NCBI RefSeq assembly: GCF_009914755.1
Contig: NC_060935.1
Length of the DNA: 64,000 bases
Direction: 5' to 3' (one strand)
Source: the human T2T-CHM13v2.0 reference genome, Homo sapiens
Shown one piece after another: positions 11,101-26,100 of this stretch. The notes below the pieces were generated by a model. That model saw only the letters and a list, made by a program, of their open reading frames with translations, made no database searches and was not told the DNA's origin. A program made the translations under genes and the position numbers. The stretch's first letter is position 1. Each line of letters begins with the position of its first letter.

Positions 11101-14100
11101 ATTTGGAGGGCTTTGAGGCCTGTGGTGGAAAAGGAAAATCTTCACATAAAAACTAGATGGAAGCATTCTGAGAAACTACTTTGTGATGATTGCATTCGAC
11201 TCACAGAGTTGAACGTTCCTATAGATAGAGCAGGTTGTAAACAATCTTTTTGTAGAATCTGCGATTGGAGATTTGGACTGCTTTGAGGCCTACTGTAGTA
11301 AAGGAAATAACTTCATCTAAAAACCAAACGGAAGCATTCACAGACAATTCTTAGTGATCATTGGATTGAACTAACAGAGCTGAACATTCCTTTAGATGGA
11401 GCAGTTTCCAAACACACTTTCTGTAGAATCTGCAAGTGGATATTTGGACCTCTCTGAGGATTTCGTTGGAAACGGGATAAACTTCCCAGAACTACACGGA
11501 AGCATTCTGAGAAACTTCTTTGTGATGTTTGCATTCAACTCACAGAGTTGAACCTTGCTTTCATAGTTCAGCTTTCAAACACTCTTTTTGTAGAATCTGC
11601 AAGTGGATATTTGGACCACTTTGTGGCCTTCCTTCGAAACGGGTATATCTTTACATCAAACCTAGACAGACGCATTCTCAGAATGTTTCCTGTGATGGCT
11701 GCATTCAACTCACAGAGGTGAACAATCCTGTTGATGGAGCAGTTTTGAAACTCTCTTTCTTTAGATTCTGCATGTGGATATGTGGACCTCTGTGAAGATT
11801 TCGTTGGAAACGGGTTCATCTTCACAGAAAAACTAAACAGGAGCATTCTCAGAAACTGCTTTGTGATGTTTGTGTTCCACTTCAGCAATTGAACTTTCCT
11901 CTTGACAGAGTAGCTCTGAAACCCTCTTTTTCTAGAATCTGCAAGTGGACATTTGGAGGGCTTTGAGGCCTGTGGTGGAAAAGGAAAATCTTCACATAAA
12001 AACTAGATGGAAGCATTCTCAGAAACTACTTTGTGATGATTGCATTCGACTCACAGAGTTGAACATTCCTATAGATAGAGCAGGTTGTAAACAATCTTTT
12101 TGTAGAATCTGCGATTGGAGATTTGGACTGCTTTGAGGCCTACTGTAGTAAAGGAAATAACTTCATCTAAAAACCAAACGGAAGCATTCACAGACAATTC
12201 TTAGTGATCATTTGATTGAACTAACCGAGCTGAACATTCCTTTAGATGGAGCAGTTTCCAAACACACTTTCTGTAGAATCTGCAAGTGGACATTTGGACC
12301 TCTCTGAGGGTTTCGTTGGAAACGGGATAAACTTCCCAGAACTACACGGAAGCATTCTGAGAAAATTCTTTGTGATGTTTGCATTCAACTCACAGAGTTG
12401 AACCTTGCTTTCATAGTTCAGCTTTCAAACACTCTTTTTGTAGAATCTGCAAGTAGATATTTGGACCACTTTGTGGCCTTCCTTCGAAACGGGTATATCT
12501 TCACATCAAACCTAGACAGAAGCATTCTCAGAATGTTTCCTGTGATGACTGCATTCAACTCACAGAGGTGAACAATCCTGTTGATGGAGCAGTTTTGAAA
12601 CTCTCTTTCTTTGGATTCTGCATGTGGATATGTGGACCTCTGTGAAGATTTCGTTGGAAACGGGTTCATCTTCACAGAAAAACTAAACAGGAGCATTCTC
12701 AGAAACTGCTCTGTGATGTTTGTGTTCCACTTCAGGAATTGAACTTTCCTCTTGACAGAGTAGCTCTGAAACCCTCTTTTTCTAGAATCTGCAAGTGGAC
12801 ATTTGGAGGGCTTTGAGGCCTGTGGTGGAAAAGGAAAATCTTCACATAAATACTAGATGGAAGCATTCTCAGAAACTACTTTGTGATGATTGCATTCGAC
12901 TCACAGAGTTGAACATTCGTATAGATAGAGCAGGTTGTAAACAATCTTTTTGTAGAATCTGCGATTGGAGATTTGGACTGCTTTGAGGCCTAGTGTAGTA
13001 AAGGAAATAACTTCATCTAAAAACCAAACGGAAGCATTCACAGACAATTCTTAGTGATCATTTGATTGAACTAACCGAGCTGAACATTCCTTTAGATGGA
13101 GCAGTTTCCAAACACACTTTCTGTAGAATCTGTAAGTGGACATTTGGACCTCTCTGAGGGTTTCGTTGGAAACGGGATAAAATTCCCAGAACTACACGGA
13201 AGCATTCTGAGAAAATTCTTGGTGATGTTTGCATTCAACTCACAGAGTTGAACCTTGCTTTCATAGTTCAGCTTTCAAACACTCTTTTTGTAGAATCTGC
13301 AAGTGGATATTTGGACCACTTTGTGGCCTTCCTTCGAAACGGGTATATCTTCACATCAAACCTAGACAGAAGCATTCTCAGAATGTTTCCTGTGATGACT
13401 GCATTCAACTCACAGAGGTGAACAATCCTGTTGATGGAGCAGTTTTGAAACTCTCTTTCTTTGGATTCTGCAAGTGGATATGTGGACCTCTGTGAAGATT
13501 TCGTTGGAAACGGGTTCATCTTCACAGAAAAACTAAACAGGAGCATTCTCAGAAACTGCTTTGTGATGTTTCTGTTCCACTTCAAGAATTGAACTTTCCT
13601 CTTGACAGAGCAGCTCTGAAACCCTCTTTTTCTAGAATCTGCAAGTGGACATTTGGAGGGCTTTGAGGCCTGTGGTGGAAAAGGAAAATCTTCACATAAA
13701 AACTAGATGGAAGCATTCTCAGAAACTACTTTGTGATGATTGCATTCGACTCACAGAGTTGAACATTCCTATAGATAGAGCAGGTTATAAACAATCTTTT
13801 TGTAGAATCTGCGATTGGAGATTTGGACTGCTTTGAGGCCTACTGTAGTAAAGGAAATAACTTCATTTAAAAACCAAACGGAAGCATTCACAGACAATTC
13901 TTAGTGATCATTGGATTGAACTAACAGAGCTGAACATTCCTTTAGATGGCGCAGTTTCCAAACACACTTTCTGTAGAATCTGCAAGTGGATATTTGGACC
14001 TCTCTGAGGATTTCGTTGGAAACGGGATAAACTTCCCAGAACTACACGGAAGCATTCTGAGAAACTTCTTTGTGATGTTTGCATTCAACTCACAGAGTTG

Positions 14101-17100
14101 AACCTTGCTTTCATAGTTCAGCTTTCAAACACTCTTTTTGTAGAATCTGCAAGTAGATATTTGGACCACTTTGTGGCCTTCCTTCGAAACGGGTATATCT
14201 TCACATCAAACCTAGACAGAAGCATTCTCAGAATGTTTCCTGTGATGACTGCATTCAACTCACAGAGGTGAACAATCCTGTTGATGGAGCAGTTTTGAAA
14301 CTCTCTTTCTTTGGATTCTGCATGTGGATATGTGGACCTCTGTGAAGATTTCGTTGGAAACGGGTTCATCTTCACAGAAAAACTAAACAGGAGCATTCTC
14401 AGAAACTGCTTTGTGATGTTTGTGTTCCACTTCAGGAATTGAACTTTCCTCTTGACAGAGCAGCTCTGAAACCCTCTTTTTCTAGAATCTGCAAGTGGAC
14501 ATTTGGAGGGCTTTGAGGCCTGTGGTGGAAAAGGAAAATCTTCACATAAAAACTAGATGGAAGCATTCTCAGAAACTACTTTGTGATGATTGCATTCGAC
14601 TCACAGAGTTGAACATTCCTATAGATAGAGCAGGTTGTAAACAATCTTTTTGTAGAATCTGCGATTGGACATTTGGAATGATTTGAGGCCTACTGTAGTA
14701 AAGGAAATAACTTCATCTAAAAACCAAACGGAAGAATTCACAGACAATTTTTAGTGATCATTTGATTGAACAAACCGAGCTGAACATTCCTTTAGATGGA
14801 GCAGTTTCCAAACACACTTTCTGTAGAATCTGCAAGTGGACATTTGGACCTCTCTGAGGGTTTCGTTGGAAACGGGATAAACTTCCCAGAACTACACGGA
14901 AGCATTCTGAGAAAATTCTTTGTGATGTTTGCATTCAACTCACAGAGTTGAACCTTGCTTTCACTAATTCAGCTTTCAAACGCTCTTTTTGTAGAATCTG
15001 CAAGTGGATATTTGGACCACTTTGTGGCCTTCCTTCGAAACGGGTATATCTTCACATCAAACCTAGACAGAAGCATTCTCAGAATGTTTCCTGTGATGAC
15101 TGCATTCAACTCACAGAGGTGAACAATCCTGTTGATGGAGCAGTTTTGAAACTCTCTTTCTTTGGATTCTGCAAGTGGATATGTGGACCTCTGTGAAGAT
15201 TTCGTTGGAAACGGGTTCATCTTCACAGAAAAACTAAACAGGAGCATTCTCAGAAACTGCTTTGTGATGTTTGTGTTCCACTTCAAGAATTGAACTTTCC
15301 TCTTGACAGAGTAGCTCTGAAACCCTCTTTTTCTAGAATCTGCAAGTGGACATTTGGAGGGCTTTGAGGCCTGTGGTGGAAAAGGAAAATCCTCACATAA
15401 AAACTAGATGGAAGCATTCTCAGAAACTACTTTGTGATGATTGCATTCGACTCACAGAGTTGAACATTCCTATAGATAGAGCAGGTTGTAAACAATCTTT
15501 TTGTAGAATCTGCGATTGGAGATTTGGACTGCTTTGAGGCCTACTGTAGTAAAGGAAATAACTTCATCTAAAAACCAAACGGAAGCATTCACAGACAATT
15601 CTTAGTGATCATTGGATTGAACTAACAGAGCTGAACATTCCTTTAGATGGAGCAGTTTCCAAACACACTTTCTGTAGAATCTGCAAGTGGACATTTGGAC
15701 CTCTCTGAGGGTTTCGTTGGAAACGGGATAAACTTCCCAGAACTACACGGAAGCATTGTGAGAAACTTCTTTGTGATGTTTGCATTCAACTCACAGAGTT
15801 GAACCTTGCTTTCATAGTTCAGCTTTCAAACACTCTTTTTGTAGAATCTGCAAGTGGATATTTGGACCACTTTGTGGCCTTCCTTCGAAACGGGTATATC
15901 TTCACATCAAACCTAGACAGAAGCATTCTCAGAATGTTTCCTGTGATGACTGCATTCAACTCACAGAGGTGAACAATCCTGCTGATGGAGCAGTTTTGAA
16001 ACTCTCTTTCCTTGGATTCTGCAAGTGGATATGTGGACCTCTGTGAAGATTTCGTTGGAAACGGGTTCATCTTCACAGAAAAACTAAACAGACGCATTCT
16101 CAGAAACTGCTTTGTGATGTTTGTGTTCCACTTCAGGAATTGAACTTTCCTCTTGACAGAGCAGCTCTGAAACCCTCTTTTTCTAGAGTCTGCATGTGGA
16201 CATTTGGAGGGCTTTGAGTCCTGTGGTGGAAAAGGAAAATCTTCACATAAAAACTAGATGGAAGCATTCTCAGAAACTACTTTGTGATGATTGCATTCGA
16301 CTCACAGAGTTGAACATTCCTATAGATAGAGCAGGTTGTAAAGAATCTGTTTGTAGAATCTGCGATTGGAGATTTGCACTGCTTTGAGGCCTACTGTAGT
16401 AAAGGAAATAACTTCATCTAAAAACCAAACGGAAGCATTCACAGACAATTCTTAGTGATCATTGGATTGAACTAACAGAGCTGAACATGCCTTTAGATGG
16501 AGCAGTTTCCAAACACACTTTCTGTAGAATCTGCAAGTGGATATTTGGACCTCTCTGAGGATTTCGTTGGAAACGGGCTAAACTTCCCAGAACTACACGG
16601 AAGCATTCTGAGAAACTTCTTCGTGATGTTTGCATTCAACTCACAGAGTTGAACCTTGCTTTCATAGTTCAGCTTTCAAACCCTCTTTTTGTAGAATCTG
16701 CAAGTGGATATTTGGACCACTTTGTGGCCTTCCTTCGAAACGGGTATATCTTCACATCAAACCTAGACAGAAGCATTCTCAGAATGTTTCCTGTGATGAC
16801 TGCATTCAACTCACAGAGGTGAACAATCCTGTTGATGGAGCAGTTTTGAAACTCTCTTTCTTTGGATTCTGCAAGTGGATATGTGGACCTCTGTGAAGAT
16901 TTCGTTGGAAACGGGTTCATCTTCACAGAAAAACTAAACAGGAGCATTCTCAGAAACTGCTTTGTGATGTTTGTGTTCCACGTCAGGAATTGAACTTTCC
17001 TCTTGACAGAGCAGCTCTGAAACCCTCTTTTTCTAGAATCTGCAAGTGGACATTTGGAGGGCTTTGAGTCCTGTGGTGGAAAAGGAAAATCTTCACATAA

Positions 17101-20100
17101 AAACTAGATGGAAGCATTCTCAGAAACTACTTTGTGATGATTGCATTCGACTCACAGAGTTGAACATTCCTATAGATAGAGCAGGTTGTAAACAATCTTT
17201 TTTTAGAATCTGCGATTGGAGATTTGGACTGCTTTGAGGCCTACTGTAGTAAAGGAAATAACTTCATCTAAAAACCAAACGGAAGCATTCACAGCCAATT
17301 CTTAGAGATCATTGGATTGAACTAACAGAGCTGAACATTCCTTTAGATGGAGCAGTTTCCAAACACACTTTCTGTAGAATCTGCAAGTGGATATTTGGAC
17401 CTCTCTGAGGATTTCGTTGGAAACGGGATAAACTTCCCAGAACTATACGGAAGCATTCTGAGAAACTTCTTTGTGATGTTTGCATTCAACTCACAGAGTT
17501 GAACCTTGCTTTCATAGTTCAGCTTTCAAACACTCTTTTTGTAGAATCTGCAAGTGGATATTTGGACCACTTTGTGGCCTTCCTTCGAAACGGGTATATC
17601 TTCACATCAAACCTAGACAGAAGCATTCTCAGAATGTTTCCTGTGATGACTGCATTCAACTCACAGAGGTGAACAATCCTGCTGATGGAGCAGTTTTGAA
17701 ACTCTCTTTCTTTGGATTCTGCAAGTGGATATGTGGACCTCTGTGAAGATTTCATTGGAAACGGGTTCATCTTCACAGAAAACCTAAACAGGAGCATTCT
17801 CAGAAACTGCTTTGTGATGTTTGTGTTCCACTTCAGGAATTGAACTTTCCTCTTGACAGAGCAGCTCTGAAACCCTCTTTTTCTAGAATCTGCAAGTGGA
17901 CATTTGGAGGGCTTTGAGTCCTGTGGTGGAAAAGGAAAATCTTCACATAAAAACTAGATGGAAGCATTCTCAGAAACTACTTTGTGATGATTGCATTCGA
18001 CTCACAGAGTTGAACATTCCTATAGATAGAGCAGGTTGTAAACAATCTTTTTGTAGAATCTGCGATTGGAGATTTGGACTGCTTTGAGGCCTACTGTAGT
18101 AAAGGAAATAACTTCATCTAAAAACCAAACGGAAGCATTCACAGCCAATTCTTAGAGATCATTGGATTGAACTAACAGAGCTGAACATTCCTTTAGATGG
18201 AGCAGTTTCCAAACACACTTTCTGTAGAATCTGCAAGTGGATATTTGGACCTCTCTGAGGATTTCGTTGGAAACGGGATAAAATTCCCAGAACTACACAG
18301 AAGCATTCTGAGAAACTTCTTTGTGATGTTTGCATTCAACTCACAGAGTTGAACCTTGCTTTCATAGTTCAGCTTTCAAACACTCTTTTTGTAGAATCTG
18401 CAAGTGGATATTTGGACCACTTTGTGGCCTTCCTTCGAAACGGGTATATCTTCACATCAAACCTAGACAGAAGCATTCTCAGAATGTTTCCTGTGATGAC
18501 TGCATTCAACTCACAGAGGTGAACAATCCTGCTGATGGAGCAGTTTTGAAACTCTCTTTCTTTGGATTCTGCAAGTGGATATGTGGACCTCTGTGAAGAT
18601 TTCGTTGGAAACGGGTTCATCTTCACAGAAAAACTAAACAGGAGCATTCTCAGAAACTGCTTTGTGATGTTTGTGTTCCACTTCAAGAATTGAACTTTCC
18701 TCTTGACAGAGCAGCTCTGAAACCCTCTTTTTCTAGAATCTGCAAGTGGACATTAGGAGGGCTTTGAGGCCTGTGGTGGAAAAGGAAAATCTTCACATAA
18801 AAACTAGATGGAAGCATTCTCAGAAACTACTTTGTGATGATTGCATTCGACTCACAGAGTTGAACATTCCTATAGATAGAGCAGGTTGTAAACAATCTTT
18901 TTGTAGAATCTGCGATTGCAGGTTTGGACTGCTTTGAGGCCTACTGTAGTAAAGGAAATAACTTCATCTAAAAACCAAACGGAAGCATTCACAGACAATT
19001 CTTAGTGATCATTGGATTGAACTAACAGAGCTGAACATTCCTTTAGATGGCGCAGATTCCAAACACACTTTCTTTAGAATCTGCAAGTGGATATTTGGAC
19101 CTCTCTGAGGATTTCGTTGGAAACGGGATAAACTTCCCAGAACTACACGGAAGCATTCTGAGAAACTTCTTTGTGATGTTTGCATTCAACTCACAGAGTT
19201 GAACCTTGCTTTCATAGTTCAGCTTTCAAATACTCTTTTTGTAGAACCTGCAAGTGGATATTTGGACCACTTTGTGGCCTTCCTTCGAAACGGGTATATC
19301 TTCACATCAAACCTAGACAGAAGCATTCCCAGAATGTTTCCTCTGATGACTGCATTCAACCCACAGAGGTGAACAATCCTGCTGATGGAGCAGTTTTGAA
19401 ACTCTCTTTCTTTGGATTCTGCAAGTGGATATGTGGACCTCTGTGAAGATTTCGTTGGAAACGGGTTCATCTTCACAGAAAAACTAAACAGGAGCATTCC
19501 CAGAAACTGCTTTGTGATGTTTGTGTTCCACTTCAAGAATTGAACTTTCCTCTTGACAGAGCAGCTCTGAAACCCTCTTTTTCTAGAATCTGCAAGTGGA
19601 CATTTGGAGGGCTTTGAGGCCTGTGGTGGAAAAGGAAAATCTTCACATAAAAACTAGATGGAAGCATTCTCAGAAACTACTTTGTGATGATTGCATTCGA
19701 CTCACAGAGTTGAACATTCCTATAGATAGAGCATGTTGTAAACAATCTTTTTGTAGAATCTGCGATTGGAGATGTGGACTGCTTTGAGGCCTACTGTAGT
19801 AAAGGAAATAACTTCATTTAAAAACCAAACGGAAGCATTCACAGACAATTCTTAGTGATCATTGGATTGAACTAACAGAGCTGAACATTCCTTTAGATGG
19901 CGCAGATTCCAAACACACTTTCTGTAGAATCTGCAAGTGGATATTTGGACCTCTGTGAGGATTTCGTTGGAAACGGGATAAACTTCCCAGAACTACACGG
20001 AAGCATTCTGAGAATCTTCTTTGTGATGTTTGCATTGAACTCAGAGAGTTGAACCTTGCTTTCATAGTTCAGCTTTCAAACACTCTTTTTGTAGAATCTG

Positions 20101-23100
20101 CAAGTGGATATTTGGACCACTTTGTGGCCTTCCTTCGAAACGGGTATATCTTCACATCAAACCTACACAGAAGCATTCTCAGAATGTTTCCTGTGATGAC
20201 TGCATTCAACTGACAGAGGTGAACAATCCTGTTGATGGAGCAGTTTTGAAACTCTCTTCCTTTGGATTCTGCAAGTGGATATGTGGACCTCTGTGAAGAT
20301 TTCGTTGGAAACGGGTTCATCTTCACAGAAAAACTAAACAGGAGCATTCTCCGAAACTTCTTTGTGATGTTTGTGTTCCACTTTAGGAATTGAACTTTCC
20401 TCTTGACAGAGCAGCTCTGAAACCCTCTTTTTCTAGAATCTGCAAGTGGACATTTGGAGGGCTTTGAGGCCTGTGGTGGAAAAGGAAAATCTTCACATAA
20501 AAACTAGATGGAAGCATTCTCAGTAACTACTTTGTGATGATTGCATTCGACTCACAGAGTTGAACATTCCTATAGATAGAGCAGGTTGTAAACAATCTTT
20601 TTGTAGAATCTGCGATTGGAGATTTGGACTGCTTTGAGGCCTACTGTAGTAAAGGAAATAACTTCATCTAAAAACCAAACGGAAGCATTCACAGACAATT
20701 CTTAGTGATCATTGGATTGAACTAACAGAGCTGAACATTCCTTTAGTTGGCGCAGTTTCCAAACTCACTTTCTGTAGAATATGCAAGTGGATATTTGGAC
20801 CTCTCTGAGGATTTCGTTGGAAACTGGATAACCTTCCCAGAACTACACGGAAGCATTCTGAGAAACTTCTTTGTGATGTTTGCATTCAACTCACAGAGTT
20901 GAACCTTGCTTTCATAGTTCAGCTTTCAAACCCTCTTTTTGTAGAATCTGCAAGTGGATATTTGGACCACTTTGTGGCCTTCCTTCGAAACGGGTATATC
21001 TTCACATCAAACCTAGACAGAAGCATTCTCAGAATGTTTCCTGTGATGACTGCATTCAACTCACAGAGGTGAACAATAATGTTGATGGAGCAGTTTTGAA
21101 AATCTCTTTCTTTGGATTCTGCAAGTGGATATGTGGACCTCTGTGAAGATTTCGTTGGAAACGGGTTCATCTTCACAGAAAAACTAAACAGAAGCATTCT
21201 CAGAAACTGCTTTGTGATGTTTGTGTTCCACTTCAAGAATTGAACTTTCCTCTTGACAGAGCAGCTCTGAAACCCTCTTTTTCTAGAATCTGCAAGTGGA
21301 CATTTGGAGGGCTTTGAGTCCTGTGGTGGAAAAGGAAAATCTTCACATAAAAACTAGATGGAAGCATTCTGAGAAACTACTTTGTGATGATTGCATTCGA
21401 CTCACAGAGTTGAACGTTCCTATAGATAGAGCAGGTTGTAAACAATCTTTTTGTAGAATCTGCGATTGGAGATTTGGACTGCTTTGAGGCCTACTGTAGT
21501 AAAGGAAATAACTTCATCTAAAAACCAAACGGAAGCATTCACAGACAATTCTTAGTGATCATTGGATTGAACTAACAGAGCTGAACATTCCTTTAGATGG
21601 AGCAGTTTCCAAACACACTTTCTGTAGAATCTGCAAGTGGATATTTGGACCTCTCTGAGGATTTCGTTGGAAACGGGATAAACTTCCCAGAACTACACGG
21701 AAGCATTCTGAGAAACTTCTTTGTGATGTTTGCATTCAACTCACAGAGTTGAACCTTGCTTTCATAGTTCAGCTTTCAAACACTCTTTTTGTAGAATCTG
21801 CAAGTGGATATTTGGACCACTTTGTGGCCTTCCTTCGAAACGGGTATATCTTCACATCAAACCTAGACAGAAGCATTCTCAGAATGTTTCCTGTGATGAC
21901 TGCATTCAACTCACAGAGGTGAACAATCCTGCTGATGGAGCAGTTTTGAAACTCTCTTTCTTTGGATTCTGCAAGTGGATATGTGGACCTCTGTGAAGAT
22001 TTCGTTGGAAACGGGTTCATCTTCACAGAAAAACTAAACAGGAGCATTCTCAGAAACTGCTTTGTGATGTTTGTGTTCCACTTCAGGAATTGAACTTTCC
22101 TCTTGACAGAGCAGCTCTGAAACCCTCTTTTTCTAGAATCTGCAAGTGGACATTTGGAGGGCTTTGAGGCCTGTGGTGGAAAAGGAAAATCTTCACATAA
22201 AAACTAGATGGAAGCATTCTGAGAAACTACTTTGTGATGATTGCATTCGACTCACAGAGTTGAACGTTCCTATAGATAGAGCAGGTTGTAAACAATCTTT
22301 TTGTAGAATATGCGATTGGAGATTTGGACTGCTTTGAGGCCTACTGTAGTAAAGGAAATAACTTCATCTAAAAACCAAACGGAAGCATTCACAGACAATT
22401 CTTAGTGATCATTGGATTGAACTAACAGAGCTGAACATTCCTTTAGATGGAGCAGTTTCCAAACACACTTTCTGTAGAATCTGCAAGTGGATATTTGGAC
22501 CTCTCTGAGGATTTCGTTGGAAACGGGATAAACTTCCCAGAACTACACGGAAGCATTCTGAGAAACTTCTTTGTGATGTTTGCATTCAACTCACAGAGTT
22601 GAACCTTGCTTTCATAGTTCAGCTTTCAAACACTCTTTTTGTAGAATCTGCAAGTGGATATTTGGACCACTTTGTGGCCTTCCTTCGAAACGGGTATATC
22701 TTCACATCAAACCTAGACAGAAGCATTCTCAGAATGTTTCCTGTGATGACTGCATTCAACTCACAGAGGTGAACAATCCTGCTGATGGAGCAGTTTTGAA
22801 ACTCTCTTTCCTTGGATTCTGCAAGTGGATATGTGGACCTCTGTGAAGATTTCGTTGGAAACGGGTTCATCTTCACAGAAAAACTAAACAGAAGCATTCT
22901 CAGAAACTGCTTTGTGATGTTTGTGTTCCACTTCAGGAATTGAACTTTCCTCTTGACAGAGCAGCTCTGAAACCCTCTTTTTCTAGAGTCTGCAAGTGGA
23001 CATTTGGAGGGCTTTGAGGCCTGTGGTGGAAAAGGAAAATCTTCACATAAAAACTAGATGGAAGCATTCTCAGAAACTACTTTGTGATGATTGCATTCGA

Positions 23101-26100
23101 CTCACAGAGTTGAACATTCCTATAGATAGAGCAGGTTGTAAAGAATCTGTTTGTAGAATCTGCGATTGGAGATTTGGACTGCTTTAAGGTCTACTGTAGT
23201 AAAGGAAATAACTTCATCTAAAAACCAAACGGAAGCATTCACAGACAATTCTTAGTGATCATTGGATTGAACTAACAGAGCTGAACATTCCTTTAGATGG
23301 AGCAGTTTCCAAACACACTTTCTGTAGAATCTGCAAGGGGATATTTGGACCTCTCTGAGGATTTCGTTGGAAACGGGATAAACTTCCCAGAACTACACGG
23401 AAGCATTCTGAGAAACTTCTTTGTGATATTTGCATTCAACTCACAGAGTTGAACCTTGCTTTCATAGTTCAGCTTTCAAACACTCTTTTTGTAGAATCTG
23501 CAAGTGGATATTTGGACCACTTTGTGGCCTTCCTTCGAAACGGGTATATCTTCACATCAAACCTAGACAGAAGCATTCTCAGAATGTTTCCTGTGATGAC
23601 TGCATTCAACTCACAGAGGTGAACAATCCTGCTGATGGAGCAGTTTTGAAACTCTCTTTCTTTGGATTCTGCAAGTGGATATGTGGACCTCTGTGAAGAT
23701 TTCGTTGGAAACGGGTTCATCTTCACAGAAAACCTAAACAGGAGCATTCTCAGAAACTGCTTTGTGATGTTTGTGTTCCACTTCAGGAATTGAACTTTCC
23801 TCTTGACAGAGCAGCTCTGAAACCCTCTTTTTCTAGAATCTGCAAGTGGACATTTGGAGGGCTTTGAGTCCTGTGGTGGAAAAGGAAAATCTTCACATAA
23901 AAACTAGATGGAAGCATTCTCACAAACTACTTTGTGATGATTGCATTCGACTCACAGAGTTGAACATTCCTATAGATAGAGCAGGTTGTAAACAATCTTT
24001 TTGTAGAATCTGCGATTGGAGATTTGGACTGCTTTGAGGCCTACTGTAGTAAAGGAAATAACTTCATCTAAAAACCAAACGGAAGCATTCACAGACAATT
24101 CTTAGTGATCATTGGATTGAACTAACAGAGCTGAACATTCCTTTAGATGGAGCAGTTTCCAAACACACTTTCTGTAGAATCTGCCACTGGATATTTGGAC
24201 CTCTCTGAGGATTTCGTTGGAAATGGGATAAACATCCCAGAACTACACGGAAGCATTCTGAGAAACTTCTTTGTGATGTTTCCATTCAACTCACAGAGTT
24301 GAACCTTGCTTTCATAGTTCAGCTTTCAAACACTCTTTTTGTAGAATCTGCAAGTGGATATTTGGACCACTTTGTGGCCTTCCTTCGAAACGGGTATATC
24401 TTCACATCAAACCTAGACAGAAGCATTCTCAGAATGTTTCCTGTGATGACTGCATTCAACTCACAGAGGTGAACAATCCTGCTGATGGAGCAGTTTTGAA
24501 ACTCTCTTTCTTTGGATTCTGCAAGTGGATATGTGGACCTCTGTGAAGATTTCGTTGGAAACGGGTTCATCTTCACAGAAAAACTAAACAGGAGCATTCT
24601 CAGAAACTGCTTTGTGATGTTTGTGTTCCACTTCAGGAATTGAACTTTCCTCTTGACAGAGCAGCTCTGAAACCCTCTTATTCTATAATCTGCAAGTGGA
24701 CATTTGGAGGGCTTTGAGGCCTGTGGTGGAAAAGGAAAATCTTCACATAAAAACTAGATGGAAGCATTCTGAGAAACTACTTTGTGATGATTGCATTCGA
24801 CTCACAGAGTTGAACGTTCCTATAGATGGAGCAGGTTGTAAACAATCTTTTTGTAGAATCTGCGATTGGAGATTTGGACTGCTTTGAGGCCTACTGTAGT
24901 AAAGGAAATAACTTCATCTAAAAACCAAACGGAAGCATTCACAGACAATTCTTAGTGATCATTGCATTGAACTAACAGAGCTGAACATTCCTTTAGATGG
25001 AGCAGTTTCCAAACACACTTTCTGTAGAATCTGCAAGTGGATATTTGGACCTCTCTGAGGATTTCGTTGGAAACGGGATAAACTTCCCAGAACTACACGG
25101 AAGCATTCTGAGAAACTTCTTTGTGATGTTTGCATTCAACTCACAGAGTTGAACCTTGCTTTCATAGTTCAGCTTTCAAACACTCTTTTTGTAGAATCTG
25201 CAAGTGGATATTTGGACCACTTTGTGGCCTTCCTTCGAAACGGGTATATCTTCACATCAAACCTAGACAGACGCATTCTCAGAATGTTTCCTGTGATGGC
25301 TGCATTCAACTCACAGAGGTGAACAATCCTGTTGATGGAGCAGTTTTGAAACTCTCTTTCTTTAGATTCTGCATGTGGATATGTGGACCTCTGTGAAGAT
25401 TTCGTTGGAAACGGGTTCATCTTCACAGAAAAACTAAACAGGAGCATTCTCAGAAACTGCTTTGTGATGTTTGTGTTCCACTTCAGCAATTGAACTTTCC
25501 TCTTGACAGAGTAGCTCTGAAACCCTCTTTTTCTAGAATCTGCAAGTGGACATTTGGAGGGCTTTGAGGCCTGTGGTGGAAAAGGAAAATCTTCACATAA
25601 AAACTAGATGGAAGCATTCTCAGAAACTACTTTGTGATGATTGCATTCGACTCACAGAGTTGAACATTCCTATAGATAGAGCAGGTTGTAAACAATCTTT
25701 TTGTAGAATCTGCGATTGGAGATTTGGACTGCTTTGAGGCCTACTGTAGTAAAGGAAATAACTTCATCTAAAAACCAAACGGAAGCATTCACAGACAATT
25801 CTTAGTGATCATTTGATTGAACTAACCGAGCTGAACATTCCTTTAGATGGAGCAGTTTCCAAACACACTTTCTGTAGAATCTGCAAGTGGACATTTGGAC
25901 CTCTCTGAGGGTTTCGTTGGAAACGGGATAAACTTCCCAGAACTACACGGAAGCATTCTGAGAAAATTCTTTGTGATGTTTGCATTCAACTCACAGAGTT
26001 GAACCTTGCTTTCATAGTTCAGCTTTCAAACACTCTTTTTGTAGAATCTGCAAGTAGATATTTGGACCACTTTGTGGCCTTCCTTCGAAACGGGTATATC

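Noticed and set aside
16562-16578. CENP-B box variant ending CGGGC (also HOR43, 65, 72) as a broken box
   Set aside because: The change is at the terminal position, outside the nine essential core bases.
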